Below the pieces are notes generated by a model. The model was given only the letters and a program-made list of their open reading frames with translations, was not told the origin of the DNA and ran no database searches. Shown one piece after another: positions 62,001 to 64,000 of a stretch of 64,000 nucleotides of DNA (position 1 is its first letter; every line of letters begins with the position of its first letter). The translations under genes and the position numbers were made by a program. The DNA is from Bdellovibrionales bacterium (GTDB lineage: Bacteria > Bdellovibrionota > Bdellovibrionia > Bdellovibrionales > JAGQZY01), in the NCBI GenBank assembly GCA_964230645.1, contig CAXRHT010000002.1, forward strand, positions 576,001-640,000, read 5' to 3'.

Positions 62001-64000
62001 GGATTCGTCTCAGAGATTGTGAGAAGAGCTGGGGCAGCACCAACACCTGTAATATCACGAGAGCTTGAAACGTTACTAGCGCCATTGAAATAATTAATAT
62101 CAATGGTCTCGTTGAAGGTTCCGGAAGTGGCTGGGTTAAAGCTTACAGCTATATCACAAGAGCTAGCAGGAGCTAATGTGGCTCCGCAATCCCCACTTAT
62201 TCCTGGGTAAGTTCCCCCTTCAAAACTGTAAGGAGCACTAATTCCACTACCCGCCATTAAAGTGGCAGCCACTCCGCCCCCGTTATTTAGAGTGAACACT
62301 CTTACACTACTTGCCCCTTGAGCAAGAGTTCCATAATCATAAAGAGGACCATCGGTAATAGAAATATTAGCAGGGGCTGCACCCACCCCTGTAACTCCTC
62401 GAGTGGAGGTTACTACAGATGAGCCGTCATTGTATTGAATGGTAATGGTACTTGTATGAGTACCAGTTGAAACGGGAGCAAATTGAACTTCGATATTACA
62501 AGTTCCACCATTAGCTAAAGTGCTTGAACAGTCACCACCAGCACCAGGAAAGGCTCCCCCTGTAAAGGAATAAGGAGCGCTTAAAGTGGTTTCAGCAATG
62601 GCTGTGGCCGGAACATCACCCGTGTTACCTAATTGAAAAATTTGGGTCACAACTCCAGTGGTAGCAATGGTTCCAAAATCGTATGGCTCAGCCTCAGTGA
62701 TTGTAATCACGGCCGGATTCACTGCACTACCGATAACAGGTCTTGTGCTTGAAGTGGCAATTACTCCGTTGGAGTAATTAATTTCAATAGTGCTTGAATC
62801 CGAAGCTGTCACTGTCGGTGAGTATTGCACTTCAATTGTACAGTTACTTCCAGCAGCGAGTGTTGCGGCACAGTTTCCACCCGCCCCTGGATAACCCGCA
62901 CCACTAAATTGAAAAGGCAAAGCCAAACTTCCCGCATCCGCAAGGGCTGAGGCTTCAAAACCTCCGGTATTAGAGACTGTGAAGGTATGAAAATTATCAG
63001 AGTTCGTCGCTACGGTTCCGTAATTAAACGTCGGACCGTCAGAAATTTCTAAGAGGGCTGGAGCCACTCCCTCACCGCTTAAATCTCGGGTGGCCGTTTG
63101 CACATTGGCCCCATCGTCATACGAAATCTCAAGGGTGTCATCGTGAAGGGCCACTGTCGCAGGAGCATATTCAACACCCACGGTACAGGAGCTTCCCGGA
63201 GCGAGTGTAGCCGCACAATCGCCACCCCCTGGATAAGAACCACCCACAAACTGATAAGGAGGGGCTAATCCACCACCAGCCATGAGGCTGGCACCAAAAG
63301 CACCGGTATTAGTAATCGTAAATGTTTGGGTCCTAAGGGCTCCTGTTGGAACCTGACCAAAATTAAAAGTCGGTGCGAGATCAATTGTTAAAAGAGCTGG
63401 ACTGACCGAAGTTCCCTCAATATCGCGAAGAGTGGAAACCACACTGGCTCCATCGTCGTACTGTATTTCAATAGTATCGGCCGTGTTCCCCGTTGCGGTT
63501 GGAGCATAATTCACCACAATACTACAAGTGGCACTGACTGCGAGACTAGTACCACAGTTTCCACCCGTTCCCGGATAAGTACCGCCCGCATAGGAAAAGG
63601 GAGCCGCAAGACCCGCAAGATCAGTGATATTATTTGCTGGAACATCACCATTATTCACAATGTTAAAGGTGTGATTGGTCACACTTCCTTCAGCAACCGT
63701 TCCGTAATCAAAACTAGGAGCTTCCGAAATTTCAAGCAGAGCCGGATTAACACCTTCTCCTGTTACATCACGGTCGGCTTGCTGTGCTGCCACGCCGTCA
63801 TTGTAATCAATTAAAATGGTGTCGTTATGGACTGCCAGTGTGTTGGGTGAGTATGTGACGACAATATTACAAGTATTGGTCGGCGCTAATGTTGCTCCAC
63901 AATCCCCGCCCGTTCCAGGATAAGAACCCCCCGCGTAATCAAAGGGAGGCGCAAGCCCCACCCCATTCATACTACTGGCTACCACACCACCGGTGTTGGT
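38093..64000 (-). CDS. Giant surface protein/adhesin (>8,630 aa, 5' end outside the window): 68+ choice-of-anchor-D/ASH-type Ig repeats, Ig/FN3 stalk, C-terminal IgGFc-binding-like tip
   Basis: Uninterrupted frame to the window edge (TNTGGV precedes the called start); ~114-115-aa repeats PAxLxIxExDPYDFG...FxGGxYPGxGGxC...C...YNDG...RDxxG; FN3-like WTDPG...YKLFYR...VTGLTPSTDYEF; the tip assignment is tentative. Confidence 0.95.
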   Translation of the reverse strand, partial: TNTGGVVASSMNGVGLAPPFDYAGGSYPGTGGDCGATLAPTNTCNIVVTYSPNTLAVHNDTILIDYNDGVAAQQADRDVTGEGVNPALLEISEAPSFDYGTVAEGSVTNHTFNIVNNGDVPANNITDLAGLAAPFSYAGGTYPGTGGNCGTSLAVSATCSIVVNYAPTATGNTADTIEIQYDDGASVVSTLRDIEGTSVSPALLTIDLAPTFNFGQVPTGALRTQTFTITNTGAFGASLMAGGGLAPPYQFVGGSYPGGGDCAATLAPGSSCTVGVEYAPATVALHDDTLEISYDDGANVQTATRDLSGEGVAPALLEISDGPTFNYGTVATNSDNFHTFTVSNTGGFEASALADAGSLALPFQFSGAGYPGAGGNCAATLAAGSNCTIEVQYSPTVTASDSSTIEINYSNGVIATSSTRPVIGSAVNPAVITITEAEPYDFGTIATTGVVTQIFQLGNTGDVPATAIAETTLSAPYSFTGGAFPGAGGDCSSTLANGGTCNIEVQFAPVSTGTHTSTITIQYNDGSSVVTSTRGVTGVGAAPANISITDGPLYDYGTLAQGASSVRVFTLNNGGGVAATLMAGSGISAPYSFEGGTYPGISGDCGATLAPASSCDIAVSFNPATSGTFNETIDINYFNGASNVSSSRDITGVGAAPALLTISETNPYNFGLIANGGLVSHSFTVTNSGGVAATAVVESGIAAPFRYLGGSYPGTGGDCGATVGVGASCDIVIEYAPTATGVNADTISFSYNNGTSVVTSDRDIQGTATTPANLQISETDPYDYGNQAVGSNTPHIFTITNSGGVTATSVADGAGLAAPFSYVGGTYPGTGGDCGASLNALASCSIEIVYSPTAAVNSTDTIEIDYNDGTGAQTSLRDIEGTASNPANLTITEMDPYDFGTVTVTASRNHTFTIANTGGVAATVINEVGINAPFGFAGGSFPGTGGTCTATLNSGSSCDVVFQFAPVASGVFTDTIDFNYFDGVNTQSLTRDIQGTGLTPAVLDISEIDPYDFGTRPTGHVEPHTFVITNSGGTLATGIAGGGLAAPFRFEGGTYPGASGDCGATLAVGASCNIVVEYAPIAANPSHTDSIEINYNDGAAPQISSRDVQGVAVTPANLSITETDPYSFGTLATGSARTHVFTITNGGGFVASSISEVGLAAPYSFTGGAYPGVGGDCSGNLAPGSSCDIEIQYSPSVVSAADNDSIDISYFDGVNTQNELRNVTGVAVAPASLSITESDPYDYGTLATGGVRTHTFTITNGGGFQASSINETTLAAPFDFTGAGFPGASGTCTATLAPAASCDIEVAYSPVSTGLATGTITIAYNNGAATVTEARTLQGTGASPATLTITDGPTYDFGNVTQGASRSRIFTVTNTGAVPATTVGGSGLVAPFSFTGGSFPGTGGDCTTSIANGASCLIQVSFAPTSPIASNDSIEINFNDGVSGQTVTRDVIGTGITPATIMISETDPYDYGLIADGGTLNHTFTLNNAGGSSATVLSEVGLNPPFAFAGGGFPGTGGDCGASLAAGASCDIVVAFSPVGTGVYSDSIELSYNDGAAVQSSVRDVQGTAGAPALLTVAGPDPYNFGTKANGSTSVVTLSITNTGAVSATSLADGLGLAAPYAFTGAGYPGTGGTCGASLSASASCDVEVQFNPSSIGASSDTLEITYNDGATAQTLTHDIEGSAAAPALLDITAADPYDYGSVAVGATRANTFTVSNTGGVAATGLNETGVSGNFRYVGGSYPGTGGTCGVAITSGGSCDLVIEFAPAATGALTDTIDLAYNNGVSVVSSTQNIQGTGLSPAVISISELDPYNFGTHPTGRVIQKTFVVSNTGGAPATGLAGSGLAAPFRFEGSSYPGTSGDCTGTLAAGDNCNIVVEYAPVAANGLDTDTVLIDYNDGAAAQQSTRNVEGTSVTPANLSITETDPYNFGTLATGSTGAHVFTITNGGGFQASAISEVGLGAPFTFVGGAFPGTAGDCSGTLAAGSSCDIEIQYSPSVVSVSDTDTIDISYNDGVNPQNTLRDVAGVAVTPASLTISEMSPYDYGTLATGATRNHVFTITNGGGFQATAINELTLAAPFDFTGAGFPGASGTCTASLAPSASCNIEVAYSPVATGLANGTITIEYFNGATTVTEARTLQGTGASPATLTITDGPTYDFGNVTQGATAAKIFTVTNTGAVPATTVGGSGLVAPFSFTGGSFPGTGGDCGATINNGDSCLIQVTFAPTSAVASNDSVEINFNDGVTGQTATRDILGTGITPAMITVSETGTYNYGLIASGGTSTHTFTLTNGGGSTATGITESTLTAPFDFLGGGYPGTGGNCGGTLAAGSSCNVVVEFTPGSNGVYSSTLTFDYSDGAALQAATRALQGTAGTPATLVVGGADPYDFGTKALGSTSVRVLTITNTGAVPAISIADGAGLALPFDYTAASFPGTNGTCTATLAAGSSCDIEVSYNPTAVGTLTDTIEIVYDNGATAQTLNHDLTGTGANPALIGISESDPHDYGSVTQNASSNHVFTLTNSGGVAATAITEIGLAAPYAFTGGSFPGTAGTCVTTLGAGATCDIDVEFAPTSTGLLTDTISIQYNNGAGTVTSDRDVQGTGIAPAILALSDGPGTYDYGTRPTGSVNSKTFTVSNTGGSTALGMAGSGLAAPFTFAGGAYPGAGGDCAGTLASGSSCLIVVQYNPISVSASDTDTILIDYNDGSAAQTATRDLSGIAVSPANLTITETDPYNFGTLSTGSTGTHIFTITNGGGFQASAISEVGLSAPFTFTSGSFPGAGGDCSATLAAGSSCDIEIQYSPSVVSASDTDSINISYNDGVNPQNTLRDVAGVAVTPASISITESDPYDYGTLATGASRSHVFTLTNGGGFQASAISEISLSAPFDFTGAGFPGTSGTCTTTLAPAASCDIEVAYSPVSTGVASGTITIQYNNGTTTVSEARTLQGTGAAPATLTITDGPTYDFGNVTQGATASKVFTLTNTGAVPATTVGGSGLVAPFSFTGGSFPGTGGDCGTTINNGDSCLIQVTFAPTTAVTSNDTIDINFNDGVTSQTSSRDVMGTGITPALISISESGTYDYGLIASGGTITHTFTLTNNGGSTATGITETLLSSPFDFLGGGFPGTGGSCGGTLAAAASCNVVVEFAPGSNGVYSSTMSFDYNDGAAPQSVARPLQGTAGTPATLAVGGPDPYDFGTKANGSTSFVILNITNSGAVAATSMADGLGLGAPYAFTGAGYPGTNGTCTATLAAGSSCDVEVQYNPSGVGATTDTVTVTYNDGASAQTLSHDIQGTAAAPALLGISEGNPYDYGNVAVGSSTTHTFTVSNTGGVPATGLSEIGISGNFQYVGGTYPGTGGTCGVAITNGGSCDLVIEFAPSGTGVLTDTIDLAYNNGVSVVNTTRNLQGTGLSPAVISISELDPYNFGTHPTGRVIQKIFVVSNTGGAPATGLAGSGLAAPFRFEGSSYPGTSGDCAGTLPSGDSCNIVVEYAPVAANGLDTDTVLIDYNDGASSQQSTRDIEGTSVTPANLSITETDPYNFGTLATGASNAHVFTISNGGGFQASAISEVGLNAPYTFTGGAFPGTAGDCSGTLAAGSSCDIEIQYAPGSVSAADDDTINISYNNGVVVQNTLRDITGVAVAPADLEITETDPYDYGTLATGASRPHVFTISNAGSFTASAISEVTLSAPFDFTGAGFPGSNGNCTATLAPAASCDIEVAFSPTVTGAQSATIDIQYFNGASTVTSSRDIQGTGAAPATITITESDPYDFGSVTQGATLTHIFTLNNTGAVAATTIGGSGLTAPFSFTGGSFPGTGGDCTATLASGGSCDIAVTFAPTAPVASSSQIDINYNNGASLTTVSRDVVGTGITPAQLTISETNPFDFGLVATGGVNTHAFTIDNIGDSPATAISEVGLNAPFNFLGGSFPGTGGNCGSSLGAGVSCSIVVAFSPVATGPFPDSIQIDYNDGAAPQSVLRQVQGTGGTPANLVVGGADPYDFGTKANGSTTVATLTITNSGSLPATGLSDAAGLASPFDYTGAAYPGITGTCAATLAAGSNCTVQIQFTPTGAGLATDILAIDYDDGAAAQTLNHDVQGTGATPAVIAISESDPHDYGNITQGASSNHIFTLTNNGNVPATAISEISLGAPFTFTGGSFPGTAGTCTTTLAVSGTCDLDVEFAPLGTGLLTGTLEIQYNNGATVVTSARDLQGTGLAPASLTISGGPGTFDYGTRPTGSVNPQTFVVSNGGGSTATGIAGSGLAAPYSFQGGSYPGVGGNCGATLAASSSCNIVVEYNPVSVSAADTDTILIDYNDGASPQTSTRDLTAVAVAPASLTITETDPYNFGTLATGASRTHIFTVSNGGGFQASAMVESGLGAPYGYAGGSYPGTGGDCAATLAAGSSCDIEVEYAPGVVSPAHDDTISFAYNDGVNPQTATRDVTGVAVSPASITISETGTYDMGTVAVGGNTTHIFTLTNGGGFTASALTEIALSGDFDFTGGAYPGDSGTCAVTLAPSASCDVEIIFAPTSTGLASSSLTIQYANGANTVNTARPLQGTGAAPATITITETDTYDFGSVTVGANLSHIFTLNNTGAVAATAVGGSGLVSPFSFTGGSFPGAGGDCTATIPAGGSCDIEVTFAPVSAAASNSSIDINFNDGAVPQTSSRLISGTGIAPAMITISGTDPYDYGLIANGGTATQTFTLTNSGASSATGIVESGLAAPFDFLGGGFPGTGGDCLGTLGAGASCDIVVEFAPGSINPFSDTIEIDYNNGAVPATALRDIQGSGGAPAVLAWDGGATYDYLIKAVGSSTPHVFTITNTGAVTATSMADGGGLSSPYTFTGGAYPGTGGDCGATLAAGATCLVDVSFEPAATGTFTDTALVSFNSGATAQSSGQDLTGEGASPASLTISETNPYDYGDVAITASLNHIFTVTNGGGVAATTMAETGIGAPYAFTGGTYPGDSGTCGTTLSSGGTCTLDISFTPTATGVQPDVIELDYYNGAIAQTALRQIQGRGVAPANLTITESDPYNYTTVPTGSSNLHTFTITNTGGIVATAMGGSGLAAPYSFAGGTYPGAGGDCGVTLGVGANCDIVVEYAPVAPSTPTHDDTIQIDYNNGVTAANVTRDVIGTAVLPALLEISESDPYNYGTLATGSSSTHIFTISNTGDFQASAMIESGVGAPFIYAGGAFPGTGGNCSTTLNAGDSCTVEVQYAPSATGTQVGAISFAYSDGVNPQTVDRVIQGTGVNPASLTIGGADPYDYGTVATSSSEPNVFTVSNGGNFQASSISISGLGGDFDFVGGTFPGTGGTCTTTLNPASNCTLVVEFGPSATGLSTTTMQIDYNDGATVQNTTVDLQGIGSSPAQITISETEPYDYGNVTVGVGVNHTFTLSNTGGVPATGIAGGGVVSPFNFLGGTFPGTGGTCTGTLNNGDSCTIIVRYAPAAVGTLFDEIDITYNDGAVAQTSSRGIQGTGITPANITISESNPYDFGLVANGGTKSYAFTLTNSGSTTATSLSETGLGAPYGYLGGPYPGTGGDCGVTLGAGANCTIVVEFAPLTSGAKLDTIEFGYNDGVTTQTATRDLQGTGGAPATLTITESDPYNYGTLAQGSSTDHTFIISNGGAVQATGMVDAGSMSAPFVFKGSAYPGTGGTCGATLASGGNCTIVVSFEPAIAGPQADTIDITYNNGVNTQSLTRDVEGTAAAPASLAISESDPYNFGTLATGATRTHTFSVNNSGGVVAGSLAEVSLSAPFRFMGGSYPGTGGTCSTSLSAGASCNLVIEYAPIATGSHADTITMSYFNGVATQNATRDIEGEGVSPANLTISGADPYSFGTRPTGAVRTATYTISNGGGFQATSIAGSGLAAPYSFVGGSYPGTGGNCGATLNSGASCDIVIEYAPVAVSGADNDTLLIDYNDGVVAQQSSKDLQAVAVAPATLTITESDPYNFGTLATGATNTHTFTIENTGGFQATSLLENGIAAPYRYFGGTYPGTGGNCAATLAAGATCDIVIEYAPGVPGTNNDTITMNYFDGVNSQASNRDITGTGVNPANLTITESDPYDYGSLAVGATRAHTFTVTNGGNFGASSIAEVGLGLPFRFVGGSFPGAGGTCTGTLAPSASCDLVVEFAPTGTGLATSTISLSYNNGAATVASDRDIQGTGAAAAFITISEVDPYDYGSVTVNATKSYSFTLNNTGGVTATGMGGSGLASPFNFLGGSYPGTGGSCGASLPNGSNCTVVVEFAPTSAVGSNDTIEINYFNGAASATSTRDVQGTGISPAVIGISESDPYSYGLIANGGTRSHTFTLTNTGASPATAMSEVGLAAPFNFLGGGYPGTGGDCGSTLAAGGGTCTIVVQYSPSAIGANSDSIEISYNNGATVQTSIRDIQGSAGAPATLIFSGVSPYDFGTRATGSTTEQTFTVTNGGAVTASAMADAGTMAAPFSFKGGSYPGVGGSCGPTLASGADCTIVVNFEPSINGPQSDNIELNFNNGAILTSASHPVEGEGTDPASLSISESNPFDFGNVTVSASNNHIFTVTNGGGVTATALAEVGLGGSFGFVGGTYPGTTGTCGATLSSGGSCTLNVQFAPAGTGLSTDTISMSYNNGAITQNANRDIQGTGVAAANLTISETDPYNFGTLPVGGAETHIFTVQNTGGSQATSVSGLGLAVPYSFLGGSYPGTGGTCGTTINPAANCTVVVEYAPLSLSGSDDDSVQIDYNNGVAAASVERDVTGVAVSPATLTITESDPYNFGTLATGATADHIFTITNTGDFQATSMSIIGLASPYRFLGGSYPGTGGDCAATLASGASCDIAIEYAPTLVSAADDETINVQYDNGAVVTNSQRDVTGVAVSPAQITISESDPYSFGDVAVGASTTHTFTLTNGGGFTASSIAEVGLGLPFRFLGGSFPGTGGNCTASLAPASGCTVVIEFAPSTTGIQPDTINFQYNNGATVVNAERDVQGTGSAAATLTISETDPFDYGPVTVNGFRLKTFNITNTGGVSATSVGGSGLVAPFSFNGGSFPGTGGTCGATVASADSCTVVVRFAPTSAGNIADTLEINYFDGAAATTSSRDIEGTGINPAVITISETGTYDFGLIAAGGRRTHTFTLTNTGDSAASSLSESGLAAPFDFLGAGYPGTGGTCGATLAAGGGTCTIVVEYTPATNGVDTGSIQIDYVDGAVAQSATRDLQGTAGSPATLDFVDAPSYNYGTQPNGITVEYTFTITNNGAVTATAIADAATMNAPFEFKGGTYPGVGGDCAGTLASTASCDVVVTYSPIASGPQNDQIELNFNNGAIVTNTTLDIQGTGAAPALLAISESDPYNFGSFAVGGGANHVFTVSNTGGVPATAISEVGLAAPFTYVGGSYPGTGGTCAGSLANGSSCDIAVRYAPSSTGTDSDLIEFSYNNGVTATTSTRQVQGSGVPAAILTISGANPEDFGNVTVGNNDVISLTVTNTGGLTATSMAGGGLVAPFTFEGGSYPGTTGTCTTSLTAGSNCTISLRFQPTMTGLASDIVEIDYNDGVVVQTANMSIQGTGQNPATLTISNGPTYDFGSVATNSTNEQVFTVQYSGDDAATSVTGAGLAAPYTFKGGTYPGTGGDCGAVITTDCNIVVVFNPTTAGTFNDSIEIDYNDGAGPQQATRDLTGISNDPATLSISESDPYNYGGVVQNGSAVHIFTITNGGSFAATSISELTLSAPFGFSGGSFPGDNGDCTATLGPGLDCDIEVEFAPTSTGVIADTITISYNNGVTTQSVARDIQGTGNSPATLTISDGPTYDFGVTLSGSLKTKTFVVNNTGQTDASGISGSGLIAPYDFNGGSFPGTGGNCAGTLTAGSSCNIVVSYQPSSEQVDGDTILIDYNDGVLAQQVTRPITGEGVNQPDPPTTFAFVNPVSSPSPDTTPLIRVSGGAVASGATVRLYANSSCTGGTEIGTQISSGTNVDVQVTSALGLGITALYADLTDANGFNSNCSTAFVNYEVDQTAPNAATTIAHATVWHDSQSTSPNVTWTTSTSLDVDFQEIGISTSPLGGNDAGGWKSLPFPGDNQADSDQLTGLGLARCTPYYATIRTVDNAGNNSVLAVAGVPFEVDIDDPGAPGGGTIVLNDFATGTQSRIATWAASTDDCDLDRYEISIGTSAGATDAMGWLDIGLVTTYRPVDGVDGASFTLANGVDYFVNVRAIDESGKISTVSSSPSFRTQPPNPVDDLLLAERASTEISMIWTDPGSSGSPVSDYKLFYRLDGAGAWTRAPVDPVTDATSGTVTGLTPSTDYEFMVVASNGTDAPASNIIDAKTGPNTPFFDPTLFTAINLGGADNDCRVMAAFDGTAIEVTRGGGTLLTDNLDAGDVRDWNCQQFDQVQADGPIYAMGNLNNRMHIGFQDRGMSGKNFLVTGTRSTPHRLSVFAFENSTVEFYRDGVLRRTEVMNAGDSYTYSDGQDGAFEVVSDALIAMHFSSNYRDDGQIVPPAAEKLIGFPSRTGYISPSGTGIVNMYRSDSTSYTQSATAGNIFSVPDTGAEYSGLVMKAEAPFVMGGNSNADSNGLSSAAWVSPALFRENFIVAGDMDWVAIAAENPIDVEVVNLGTGAVEETITMTGTSDFNIFRHYWGPNNGMNEGRLLRAVNPGDKFIMWYQPGPRTGYQEQEDETLSFGFDN

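Noticed and set aside
63985..64000. GTG at 63985 as the start of the giant gene
   Set aside because: The frame is open to the window edge and begins mid-repeat with no signal peptide; the real start lies outside the window.
38093..64000. RTX/T1SS adhesin, autotransporter, or horizontally acquired island
   Set aside because: No GGxGxD repeats or C-terminal barrel, and it is Cys-rich; the apparently higher GC is explained by amino-acid composition.

Overview
64-kb chromosomal window from a bacterium that is most likely a member of Bdellovibrionota. This is inferred from FQNC/YSNC-type lipoprotein signals, many short secreted orphan genes and sigma28/sigma54-like promoters; no marker gene proves it. 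The first 38 kb are gene-dense. They carry cysS with a KirBac-type channel and a ZIP transporter, SelO, a guanidine-III riboswitch controlling gdx/sugE, and a divergent acyl-CoA cluster whose FabH-like enzyme has a non-canonical active site. They also carry a PAD-like pentein enzyme, a nuclease-dead HNH-AP2 protein, tcdA, tatD and several secreted proteins. The last 26 kb are the 3' part of one giant gene (>8,630 aa, still open at the window edge). It encodes 68 complete Cys-bridged Ig-like domains of about 115 aa arranged in a strict 7-domain super-repeat with a 14-domain overtone, followed by an Ig/FN3 stalk and a tip domain. A 950-aa lipoprotein nearby has the same repeat and stalk but only 3 repeats and a different (LamG-like) tip. 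It sits beside a beta-barrel gene, and two CXXC-less SurA/DsbA-like paralogues lie between it and the giant gene; together these may form an undescribed surface-filament system. Non-coding highlights are a candidate CsrA-sequestering sRNA, two long perfect inverted-repeat elements and REP-like repeats. All calls come from reading motifs by eye; no searches were run.
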